Positions 1 through 7,981 of a stretch of 64,000 nt of DNA are shown here, piece after piece. Origin of the DNA: an uncultured virus (IMG/VR IMGVR_UViG_3300025653_000027) (taxonomy: Duplodnaviria; Heunggongvirae; Uroviricota; Caudoviricetes); the IMG/VR virus record IMGVR_UViG_3300025653_000027. One strand, 5' to 3'. A model generated the notes under the pieces. The model was given only the letters and a program-made list of their open reading frames with translations, had not been told where the DNA came from and made no database searches. Numbering within the stretch: position 1 is the stretch's first letter; each line of letters opens with the position of its first letter. The translations under genes and the position numbers were made by a program.

Positions 1-2
1 GG

Positions 3-200
3 ATTCCCAGAGAACTGTGGAAAACACTCAAAGAAAATATGGTGGACCTGAAATTCAATGATATTCCCTGGCATCCAGATGATTACGTTGCTTATGTTGA
101 ACGTTGGAACGGAAGGGCTGCAATGGTAGGGATCGTTGTATTGATCCAGCTAGAGTTGTTGAATAAAATGAGTGTATTGGAGTTCTTAGGTGTCTTGTAA
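3..200 (+). CDS. hli: High-light-inducible protein (Hli), possibly 5'-truncated by the window edge (in-frame ATG at 39)
   Basis: Manual translation ...YVERWNGRAAMVGIVVLIQLELL...LEFLGVL*: ExxNGRxAMxG chlorophyll-binding motif plus a TM helix; absent from the ORF track. Confidence 0.9.
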   Translation: MPRELWKTLKENMVDLKFNDIPWHPDDYVAYVERWNGRAAMVGIVVLIQLELLNKMSVLEFLGVL

Positions 201-372
201 TCTCACTAGATTTTATTATTGTGAAGAAGACATTAGTGTTAAAACGTTTCTGATTCGAGATATGCGGTTAAGGCACGGTATTGCCTTTGAGGATATTGAA
301 ACCAAGGAAGCTGATGCTTTCGAAGAAAAACTGAAAGCAGAAGGCGAAGAGTATTTACGGATTGACCTATGA
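190..372 (+). CDS. Small hypothetical protein (start uncertain)
   Basis: ORF whose stop overlaps the next start (ATGA). Confidence 0.4.
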   Translation: MSCNLTRFYYCEEDISVKTFLIRDMRLRHGIAFEDIETKEADAFEEKLKAEGEEYLRIDL

Positions 373-1136
373 CGCGCAAGATTGTTGCCCAAGTTGAAAC
401 ACAAAAACCAATCGAGATGATTGGTACCATGATCCTCAACGGAGGAGAAGATCTGGTTAAGCAGTACAGCTGTATTGATTATCCAGTCAAACGGTACTTT
501 ATTCTCGACAACTCAATGGGCAAAGATCCCAGTGTTCGAGAGGCAATTGACCACGTTTTATCAACGCCAAATGAATTTGTAGGAGAAGTTCAGCTGGTAA
601 CCAATGCACTAAACGTTGGTTTTTCTGGTAGCGTCAACCAGATTGTTAAACAGAATACAGATCGAGAATACTGGTGTATTTTTTCTGTTGATTGGCACTT
701 CAAGCCAGGTGAGCTTGCACGTTTGGGTGAGCGCCTGACTCAACCATTTGAAGCAATTCTGTGCGATGAAACGCAGAATGGTTACTCTGCCATGATCTTT
801 GGCGTTGATTTACTGTATGAGGTTGGTTTTTTAGACGAGAATTTCTTTCCTGCCTACTACGAAGACAACGACCACCGTTATCGAATGAAGCTGGTGGGCA
901 AAGAATGGGAGTACTTCCCCTTGGAATATGAACATAAAGTTAGCAGTACTTTAAAAAGAAGTGTTGAATTTCAACGTAAGAATCAAGAAACATTCCGTCG
1001 AAACGGAATGTATTATGTAGAGAAATGGGGCGGAACACCTACAAACGAACGGTATACAACTCCATTTGATATGGAATTACCGCTTGATTATTGGTTATAC
1101 GACCCTGCTCGATCTCAAAGGCAGAGATGGATTTAA
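369..1136 (+). CDS. Glycosyltransferase, GT2-like
   Basis: ILDNS, NVGFSGSVN and VGFLDENFFPAYYEDND motifs typical of GT2/WbbL-like enzymes. Confidence 0.8.
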   Translation: MTRKIVAQVETQKPIEMIGTMILNGGEDLVKQYSCIDYPVKRYFILDNSMGKDPSVREAIDHVLSTPNEFVGEVQLVTNALNVGFSGSVNQIVKQNTDREYWCIFSVDWHFKPGELARLGERLTQPFEAILCDETQNGYSAMIFGVDLLYEVGFLDENFFPAYYEDNDHRYRMKLVGKEWEYFPLEYEHKVSSTLKRSVEFQRKNQETFRRNGMYYVEKWGGTPTNERYTTPFDMELPLDYWLYDPARSQRQRWI

Positions 1137-1984
1137 GTCTGTATGGCGGAACAGGATTAATCGGCAGTTATTTTTACGGAGCTTACGCCTCTTATGTTGT
1201 TCCAAGGGAAAGGTTGTATCCGTTTAGTAAACGTGTTCTATATCTGATCAGTACAACTGACAACAAAACATTTAAAGAGAATCCACACATTGATGTGGAA
1301 ACCAACCTGGTTGTGCTTCTTAAACGACTTGAAGCTTGCCGTGAGTTTGGTGTCAAAGAATTTAATTTTATTAGCAGCTGGTTTGTGTATGGACCAGAGC
1401 ATGAGCATCCTAATGAGGATTCATTCTGCAATCCAAACGGTTTTTATTCGATTACGAAGTACACAGCTGAGCGATTAGTAAAGGAGTATTGCAAAGAACA
1501 CGGTATTGCCTATAGAATCTTGCGCCTGGGCAATGTTTATGGAGGCCCAGATAACGGCAACATCAAGCGCAATGCCCTTCATTTCCTGGTCAACAAGCTA
1601 AAGAACAATGAAGACGTACTGGTGCACCTGAATCTGTCTCGTGATTTTATTCACATGATGGATGCCTGCAGAGCCATTGATTTTGTGTGCACAGCTGGTG
1701 AATTGAACGAGACGTACAACATTGGCACTGGTATTGCTACAAACTTGGGATCTGCTTTAGATCAAGCCAATCGAATTTTAGGAACAGATGCATGTGTAAG
1801 CAGGGTAGATACCCCTACAAATTACGATCAAGCCGTTCGATTCTCTCTTGATTGCACTAAACTACAAGCACTTGGTTTTAAACATCTCATTCCAATAGAG
1901 GAGGGGATTAAGGATCTATGTCTAAGTCGAAAGTTCTCTACGCCGGACCCTATTTTGATGGGGAAGAAATTACTGAAGCAGTAA
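1127..1984 (+). CDS. NAD-dependent epimerase/dehydratase (extended SDR)
   Basis: GGTGLIG Rossmann motif, ISSWFVYG, YSITK (YxxxK), LRLGNVYG; ATG at 1127 preferred. Confidence 0.9.
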   Translation: MDLSLYGGTGLIGSYFYGAYASYVVPRERLYPFSKRVLYLISTTDNKTFKENPHIDVETNLVVLLKRLEACREFGVKEFNFISSWFVYGPEHEHPNEDSFCNPNGFYSITKYTAERLVKEYCKEHGIAYRILRLGNVYGGPDNGNIKRNALHFLVNKLKNNEDVLVHLNLSRDFIHMMDACRAIDFVCTAGELNETYNIGTGIATNLGSALDQANRILGTDACVSRVDTPTNYDQAVRFSLDCTKLQALGFKHLIPIEEGIKDLCLSRKFSTPDPILMGKKLLKQ

Positions 1985-3186
1985 AGACACTGACTGAAGG
2001 AGCCTGGTACCCAGCTGGTAAACAGGTTGATCGATTTGAAAAAGCCTTCTCAAAGCAGTTTGGCTTTGATCATTCACTGATGGTGAACAGTGGCAGCTCA
2101 GCCAATCTGGTGATGATTGCTGCACTGAAAAAGTACTACGGCTGGAAAGACGATGCAGAGATTATCGTCAGCGTTGTTGGCTTTCCAACGACTCTTAACC
2201 CGATCCTGCAAAACAATTTGGTTCCGAAGTTTGTTGATATCACCTGGAATGATTTGAATTGGAATCTTGATCATGTCGAAGCGGCCATTACTGACAAAAC
2301 CGTTGCTGTTTTCAGTAGCCCTGTTCTGGGTAATAGTTATGACTTGGATCGTTTACTCGATATCTGTAACAAAAATGGGATAAAGTACATCGCAGATAAT
2401 TGCGACACGCTCGGCTCCAAGTGGAAAGGAGAGTATTTAACTAAGCATGCTGTAGCAGCATCCTGTTCCTTTTATCCAGCACACCACATCACCACCTTTG
2501 AGGGTGGGATGGTGTCTTCCAACAATGAAGAGATTATCCGTTTAGCTCGGCAGTTTGCCTGGTGGGGACGTGATTGTTATTGCGTTGGGGAATGCAACAT
2601 GCTGGCTAACGGTATGTGTAACCGGCGCTTTGACAAATGGCTAGATGACTATGACGTTGTGGTTGACCACAAATACGTTTTTAGTCAGATCGGCTATAAC
2701 CTCAAACCCCTGGACCTGCAAGGATCTGTAGGACTTGTTCAGTTAAAGAAATTTGAAGAGATTCACACGATTCGTCGTGAGAACTATAAATTTATTGCGA
2801 ATCTGATTGGAGATTTATCTGATGGGATCCGTGTTGTTGGGGAAAAAGAATGTGCTGAAACTTCTTGGTTTGGGGTTCCTATTATTTGTGATAATCCTGA
2901 TGTGAAGCAAGCGCTTCAGCAACACCTTGAAAGAAACGGAATTCAAACGCGCAATTATTTTGCTGGCAATTTGTTATTGCACCCAGCTTATCGGAGCCTG
3001 GGTGATCCTAAAGCTTATCCAAATGCTTATGATGTCCTAAAGCATGTGTTCTTTATGGGCACATCTCCAGCAATTAGCAAGGATAACCTTGAATATATTG
3101 AGAAGACAATTAAAGAATTTAAGGCTACTTTCCCCCTTGGGGCAGACGGCTACTCTGTTCGGTTTCTCCCTCACTTAGTTGAGTAA
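1918..3186 (+). CDS. rfbH: DegT/DnrJ/EryC1/StrS family, RfbH/DdhC-like (CDP-4-keto-6-deoxyglucose 3-dehydratase type)
   Basis: VNSGSSANL; SFYPAHHITTFEGG with His in place of the PLP Lys; GRDCYC...C...C Fe-S-type cysteines; GYNLK. Confidence 0.85.
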   Translation: MSKSKVLYAGPYFDGEEITEAVKTLTEGAWYPAGKQVDRFEKAFSKQFGFDHSLMVNSGSSANLVMIAALKKYYGWKDDAEIIVSVVGFPTTLNPILQNNLVPKFVDITWNDLNWNLDHVEAAITDKTVAVFSSPVLGNSYDLDRLLDICNKNGIKYIADNCDTLGSKWKGEYLTKHAVAASCSFYPAHHITTFEGGMVSSNNEEIIRLARQFAWWGRDCYCVGECNMLANGMCNRRFDKWLDDYDVVVDHKYVFSQIGYNLKPLDLQGSVGLVQLKKFEEIHTIRRENYKFIANLIGDLSDGIRVVGEKECAETSWFGVPIICDNPDVKQALQQHLERNGIQTRNYFAGNLLLHPAYRSLGDPKAYPNAYDVLKHVFFMGTSPAISKDNLEYIEKTIKEFKATFPLGADGYSVRFLPHLVE

Positions 3187-3279
3187 ACCGTATTGTTCTC
3201 TTTTAGTTTTCAAAAGATAATAAAAGAAAGCAAAAGAGAAATGCAAATTACTTTAATCAGAACACCTCGCGAATCTGAA

Positions 3280-3489
3280 ATGTCTCTTTCGACCCAAGTT
3301 AAAGCTTCTGTTGATGAAGCACAATCTCATTTGAGGGAGGCACTTGCATTTGCTGCAAGGTCTGAACACCCCATTGTTATCAATACGTTGTCTGATTTAA
3401 TTGCCAAGTTAGACAGCCTTGAAGCAATGGAAAAAGTAATGCAAAAGTTTAGCCCTCAAAATCAAAACAACGAGTCACTCGAATGGTAA
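3280..3489 (+). CDS. Hypothetical protein
   Basis: ORF; ATG 3280 lies 31 nt after a TACTTT hexamer. Confidence 0.6.
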   Translation: MSLSTQVKASVDEAQSHLREALAFAARSEHPIVINTLSDLIAKLDSLEAMEKVMQKFSPQNQNNESLEW

Positions 3490-3499
3490 CGAATCAGTT

Positions 3500-3661
3500 A
3501 TGGCTGAACGTTATACAGAAGAAGAACGCCTAGAAGAGTTCTTTGGAAAATTGATGTATATGATTCCCCATCCTCCAAAAGGATGGGAAAAGAAAGCTCG
3601 TCCATGTAAGTGGGATAAAATAATAAAAGAACGAAACAATAATCCTGATGGCACAGGATGA
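3500..3661 (+). CDS. Small hypothetical protein (53 aa, MAERYTEEERLEEFF...)
   Basis: Manually read ORF filling the gap between neighbouring genes. Confidence 0.5.
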   Translation: MAERYTEEERLEEFFGKLMYMIPHPPKGWEKKARPCKWDKIIKERNNNPDGTG

Positions 3662-3932
3662 TAGTAAATATACGAAACCTGAGTTAAGGGAACGTATTAA
3701 AGATCGTGTAATGGCTGGCTCTAAAGGAGGCAAGCCTGGTCAGTGGTCTGCGCGTAAGGCTCAGCTCGTTGCTTCCGAGTATAAGAAAGCTGGTGGCGGG
3801 TACAAAGGTGGTGAAGGCAAGAAGCAAAAGGCATTAAAGAAGTGGGGTAAGGAGAAGTGGATGACGAAGGATGAATATGAAAAGCGAAAGAAGGCTAAGT
3901 CGGCAGCACAAAAGTATAAAGACAGCAAATGA
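3648..3932 (+). CDS. Basic protein, DUF5872-like N-terminal half
   Basis: YTKPELRERIK...GGKPGQWSARKAQL..EYKKAGGGY motif. Confidence 0.7.
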   Translation: MAQDDSKYTKPELRERIKDRVMAGSKGGKPGQWSARKAQLVASEYKKAGGGYKGGEGKKQKALKKWGKEKWMTKDEYEKRKKAKSAAQKYKDSK

Positions 3933-4129
3933 TTTTAATTTTATCTTTATTACTCACTGTGCAACCAGTTGATGACTGGATGTTGTCATGTGCGCAGTAC
4001 CAAGCCTTGGTACTACGCCTGTACTCTGATCCTTATTTTGAGACGACAGAAAACCTTGGCCGAAGGCAAGAGATCCACGACATCTTGAAGTCACGCACGT
4101 TTGATGAATGCATTGAGGTGAACGCATAA
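3929..4129 (+). CDS. Small protein with hydrophobic N-terminus (possible signal peptide) and two Cys
   Basis: MILILSLLLTV...; coupled to both neighbours by start/stop overlaps. Confidence 0.6.
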   Translation: MILILSLLLTVQPVDDWMLSCAQYQALVLRLYSDPYFETTENLGRRQEIHDILKSRTFDECIEVNA

Positions 4130-5310
4130 TGTCAGAACAAAAGTATAATTTAGGTTCTCCAGAGGTTTTGAGGTTTTTCAATCTTTCAGAGAGAGATGTG
4201 GACCCTAGATATCGGGGAGAGCAAGTTCGCAAGTTAGTGAATCGTCTTTCAACGGCTGATAATTTTGATTATGAAAACGCCCTAATTAATCAAGGTGCTA
4301 ATCCACAGTCTTTTGATTTTTTAAACAACTATATTGAGTTTGAGCACAATTGGAAAACCCCAACCTCTTTAGCTAGTATCAATGAGTTAACAAATTTAGC
4401 CCAAACTAAACCAAACAAGATTTACTCTTATAATTTAAAAGAAGGTCCTTTGTATAGAGGAACAACGCTTGATGTATCACCAAACGTTGGCGAAGAGATA
4501 ACTCTTTCTCGTTTTAAATCTTTCAGTCCAGACATAAACATTGCCGGTCCCTTTATTAATGAAGGACCTCCTTTAGATTTTTCATTAAGCAATGAAGAGT
4601 TCAAAAAACAAATAGCTTTAGAAAAAAATAAACAAAAGACTTTGTTCCAAGTACAAGCAGATTCTCCAGGAGACTTTAATTATTTAATCACCCCTGGAGC
4701 GGGAGAACCAGAAGTTTTGGCTCGACCGGGGTCTAAATATCTTGTGGAAGCTAAAGAACGTTTCCCTTTTGACCAACGTAGAATGACAGGTGATATTGAT
4801 TTCATTAAGTTACGACAGCTTTATGGAATTGACCCAGTTGGAAGTGCTATTCAAGGCGGTGTTAATCTTGTAAAAGAAAATATTCCAGGTGCAACAATTG
4901 GTGCAGCATTTTCGGCTTTAAACCCCGAAGTTGCAAAAGCAGTTGAGCAAAATAACTACAAAAAAGCAGCGCTTACAACGGCACAAGATGTTCTTTTAGG
5001 AGCGGGTACAGAGGCTGTTGCAAATGTGGCAGGTAAATATGTGCCAATGTTTAGTAGAGTGGTGACACCTGCAGCACAGATTGCAGCTCCCGTTGCGGCC
5101 GGAAGCGCACTGTATATGCAAGGAAAACCAGGTTCGTTAACTGATGTGGTTACTCGCAAAGCTGCGGCCAATCCAGTGCCTTGGCTTCCATCTGTCAAGC
5201 CAAACCCTAAAACAGACTTGGGCGCAAGAGCGGGAAGAGCGCTTACAAACGAAGCTCGTTACGTATATAGCCGATTACTAAAAGGCAAACTTCCATATTT
5301 TGGCAGGTAA
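4129..5310 (+). CDS. ADP-ribosyltransferase (R-S-E clan, VIP2/Alt-like) fused to an Ala/Gly-rich C-terminal region
   Basis: LYRG (Arg codon 4456), FKSFS (4513-4527) and GEPEVL (ExE, 4705-4713) in canonical order and spacing. Confidence 0.8.
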   Translation: MSEQKYNLGSPEVLRFFNLSERDVDPRYRGEQVRKLVNRLSTADNFDYENALINQGANPQSFDFLNNYIEFEHNWKTPTSLASINELTNLAQTKPNKIYSYNLKEGPLYRGTTLDVSPNVGEEITLSRFKSFSPDINIAGPFINEGPPLDFSLSNEEFKKQIALEKNKQKTLFQVQADSPGDFNYLITPGAGEPEVLARPGSKYLVEAKERFPFDQRRMTGDIDFIKLRQLYGIDPVGSAIQGGVNLVKENIPGATIGAAFSALNPEVAKAVEQNNYKKAALTTAQDVLLGAGTEAVANVAGKYVPMFSRVVTPAAQIAAPVAAGSALYMQGKPGSLTDVVTRKAAANPVPWLPSVKPNPKTDLGARAGRALTNEARYVYSRLLKGKLPYFGR

Positions 5311-5313
5311 ATT

Positions 5314-5520
5314 ATGGCTGACAAGGCAATTCAAAAGGGATACACCAAGCGTTACCTCCCAGAAAAAGCATGGGCTTCTTTATCAAAAGAAGAGAGGGAG
5401 GAAACAGATCAAAAGAAACGGGCTGGCAGTCGAAAGGGTAAACAGTTTATTCCTAATACTGAACGCGCAAAAAAAGCAGGACGTGCTGCCAGACGATATA
5501 AGAATCTAAAGAAAAAATAA
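5314..5520 (+). CDS. Basic protein, DUF5872-like C-terminal half
   Basis: KRYLPEKAWASLS.EER..T..KKR.GSRKGKQF motif. Confidence 0.7.
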   Translation: MADKAIQKGYTKRYLPEKAWASLSKEEREETDQKKRAGSRKGKQFIPNTERAKKAGRAARRYKNLKKK

Positions 5521-5577
5521 TGTATACTTTTAAAGTTCACGCTTTGCGGCGAACGTTTGAGCGGTTAGTTAGATTGG

Positions 5578-5604
5578 TCCCGGCTTAGTACCCCGGGATT
5601 TTTT
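5578..5604 (+). terminator. Intrinsic terminator-like hairpin abutting the next ATG
   Basis: TCCCGG-CTTAGTACC-CCGGGA then TTTTTT and ATG at 5605. Confidence 0.55.
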
Positions 5605-6309
5605 ATGTCTACTCTCGTTGCAAATGTACCTCCAGTAAAGGTGTGGGTACGTCGAGAGTACCTAAGAGATTTGCGAGATGGTCATGGAGAATACACACCA
5701 GGTTACTGGGTATCGTGTAAAAGTATTACAGGACGTGCACTTTACTTCGAAACGTACCTAACAGAATACGGAGCACTGTATGACAAACTCCCTATTAGCG
5801 CCTTCCTTTCTTGGAACTCTGATCATCCTGATGTACCTACCCCTCCTGAGCCAGATTTGCCGTTAACTGATCTCCAATTCTGGAATGGCTTCGATACTGG
5901 CCTGGTAGTTGTCGAAAAGAACCTGATTTATAATATGGAGTTCGAGGTCATGACTCGTGCTTCTGGCAATATGAAGGGTGAATATTTATTCACCATTGAC
6001 AATTACCATCCACATCGAAACGAACCCGACTATTACTTTTCTGAGGTTCCCGATGAACACAAGTCACACAACATTGTTGCTTTAGACAATGGTCAAATTG
6101 GGGCTTATCCCAATAATCGTTGTCGAATGGTTGACCCATCTTTAACCAATGATCAGTTAAAGACTCCCGACTTTAAAGTATCAACAAGATATTTTGATGT
6201 AGAACACGCTCCTAAATGGGGTCGTTTGGGTCAGACTGATGATTATTTCTGGAAAACCCCAAACGAAACCAATGGACAAGCACACCTACGAGAACTGGAA
6301 GAAAATTAA
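5605..6309 (+). CDS. Conserved cyanophage hypothetical protein
   Basis: 234-aa ORF with YDKLPISAF, EHKSHN and NGQIGAYPNNR motifs seen in marine phage proteins. Confidence 0.75.
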   Translation: MSTLVANVPPVKVWVRREYLRDLRDGHGEYTPGYWVSCKSITGRALYFETYLTEYGALYDKLPISAFLSWNSDHPDVPTPPEPDLPLTDLQFWNGFDTGLVVVEKNLIYNMEFEVMTRASGNMKGEYLFTIDNYHPHRNEPDYYFSEVPDEHKSHNIVALDNGQIGAYPNNRCRMVDPSLTNDQLKTPDFKVSTRYFDVEHAPKWGRLGQTDDYFWKTPNETNGQAHLRELEEN

Positions 6310-6427
6310 AACCGTTCTAGAGGAGTCTGGTAAAACGGACTCCTTTTTTTATAAGAGAGCTTGCGCAATTGTTAAGTCTCCTTCTGATTCAGCTAAGGAT
6401 CCTTTTGATCCCATGAGTGATTTATAA
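6272..6427 (+). CDS. Small cyanophage hypothetical protein
   Basis: MDKHTYENWKKIK..LEESGKTDSFFYKRA. Confidence 0.6.
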   Translation: MDKHTYENWKKIKTVLEESGKTDSFFYKRACAIVKSPSDSAKDPFDPMSDL

Positions 6428-6436
6428 TCAGAAGAC

Positions 6437-6509
6437 GCCTTATTAGCTCAGTGGCCAGAGCACTCGCCTTGTAAGCGAGCGGTCGTCAGTTCAAATCTGA
6501 CATAAGGCT
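6437..6509 (+). tRNA. trnT: tRNA-Thr(UGU), CCA not encoded
   Basis: Acceptor GCCTTAT/ATAAGGC, D-arm GCTC/GAGC, anticodon arm CTCGC-CTTGTAA-GCGAG, T-arm GTCAG-TTCAAAT-CTGAC; TATAAT at 6423. Confidence 0.95.
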
Positions 6510-6548
6510 CTTAATATCTGTATAATTTTTATACAGATATCAGATAAG

Positions 6549-6800
6549 TTGGCTCGTAATCGAGAACGTATTCGAGAAAGACGCAAGCAGCTTGTAAATT
6601 ACAAGAAAGAATTAGAGTGCCAGCGTTGTGGATATGATGATCACCGTGCATTAGAGTTTCATCATCATAATGATGATAAAAGTAAATCAGTATCTCGCAT
6701 GGTGGGAGAAGGTTACTCCTGGGAACTAATCAAAAAAGAAATAGATAAATGCGAAGTGCTTTGCTCTTGTTGTCACAGGATTGAGCACTGGAAAGATTAA
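6549..6800 (+). CDS. HNH endonuclease-like protein
   Basis: CQRCG...LEFHH...CEVLCSCCHRIEH. Confidence 0.75.
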   Translation: MARNRERIRERRKQLVNYKKELECQRCGYDDHRALEFHHHNDDKSKSVSRMVGEGYSWELIKKEIDKCEVLCSCCHRIEHWKD

Positions 6801-6853
6801 AATTAAAATTAGGAACTAAATTTGGTTTAGACTAATACAAAATAAATAGTGCA

Positions 6854-7171
6854 ATGCTTTCAACAGATACTCGGTTGCGTGTTGAATTTATCTGTGAACG
6901 CATTAGTCAAGGAGCACCGGTTGAATTAAAGGATATGGCGTGGCTGCAGAAGTTAGCTGCCCGCAACCCCACAGTTGATACGTGGTTACGGCAAGCAAGG
7001 CGTACTGCCATGCAAGAAGAAGACACCCAGACGGATCTGGATGCCTTCTGTAATGCTTTAGATCTTGGAGAACCAGACCCCAGTGATCACTTGGTTGGAC
7101 CACAGGATCCAGTGACGTTAGCCGAGTGGTTTACCACAAAGCAGAAGTGGTTCCGTGGTCAGGTTGATTAA
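6854..7171 (+). CDS. Hypothetical protein
   Basis: ORF preceded by TAGACT at 6828. Confidence 0.65.
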   Translation: MLSTDTRLRVEFICERISQGAPVELKDMAWLQKLAARNPTVDTWLRQARRTAMQEEDTQTDLDAFCNALDLGEPDPSDHLVGPQDPVTLAEWFTTKQKWFRGQVD

Positions 7172-7428
7172 TTTGGTTTGTTATACAAACCTAAACGTTG
7201 AGCTTCGTCTAAGGTACCCGGAGCGGTAGCACCTGCATTGAGTGTCATAGCTGCAGTTGCAGGAATTGTTGCGTAAGGTAAACCAAACATAAAACCGGCA
7301 AATTTATTAACAGGATCATTAGCAATCTGATTGGCCCCATAAGCAATACCTGCTTTTGCACTCTGATCAAAAGCTGTTTTGATCATTGGGTTATTTAAAA
7401 ATTTACCCGCTAACAGAATAGGATTCAT
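7168..7428 (-). CDS. Hypothetical Ala-rich protein, possibly virion-associated
   Basis: ORF coupled to the Dps-like gene; contains LAGKF. Confidence 0.6.
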   Translation of the reverse strand: MNPILLAGKFLNNPMIKTAFDQSAKAGIAYGANQIANDPVNKFAGFMFGLPYATIPATAAMTLNAGATAPGTLDEAQRLGLYNKPN

Positions 7429-7979
7429 TAACTGTTCCGCAGGGTTGCTTTAATAAACCAGGCAGCCTTGAAGGCTTCCCCGCATAACTCAGCCATGTAG
7501 TTTTGGATGTCGATGGCCTTGACTTTGGCAGCAACAGGCTCAAGCTTCTTGGTCTTCATACCAAGCTCCTCAAGGTTCTTGTAATAAACCGTGAGCATCT
7601 CAGTAGGTTTATAGCTCTTGACGTGCTTGAAATCAGGACTGGCATCCATCAACCCGTCATGACACATGGGCATTAAGTAGTCCATGCTGCGAATGAACTC
7701 ACCCAGTTTGTCAAACTGATTAATGTGAGCTTCGTATTGGTCTTTCAGGAAAGCATGGATTCCAGTGAAGTTAGGTGCTTCGTAGTTGAAGTGCATCAGG
7801 TGGGATTGCACCTGGAGCTGATGAACATAAGCAGACAGTTGAATGAGCTGCTGGATGAAAGCACCAACGTCTCCACCTTTGGACTTGGTAGGTCCTTTGG
7901 GTTTTGCTTGAGGTTCAGGAGCAGCTTGCTGGACAGCAGCAGGCATTTCCTGGGGCATTTGAGGACCAGGAGTATACAT
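7428..7979 (-). CDS. Dps/ferritin-like protein with Pro/Gln-rich N-terminal arm
   Basis: SHLMHFNYEAPNFTGIH..L..QYE....FDKLGEFIR matches the Dps ferroxidase pattern. Confidence 0.8.
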   Translation of the reverse strand: MYTPGPQMPQEMPAAVQQAAPEPQAKPKGPTKSKGGDVGAFIQQLIQLSAYVHQLQVQSHLMHFNYEAPNFTGIHAFLKDQYEAHINQFDKLGEFIRSMDYLMPMCHDGLMDASPDFKHVKSYKPTEMLTVYYKNLEELGMKTKKLEPVAAKVKAIDIQNYMAELCGEAFKAAWFIKATLRNS

Positions 7980-7981
7980 AC

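Noticed and set aside
16..24. DnaA box TGTGGAAAA near the window start
   Set aside because: Single copy inside the hli reading frame (LWK codons); likely chance
6518..6537. E. coli-type LexA box
   Set aside because: CTGT and ACAG are 11 nt apart rather than 8, and cyanobacterial LexA uses a different site
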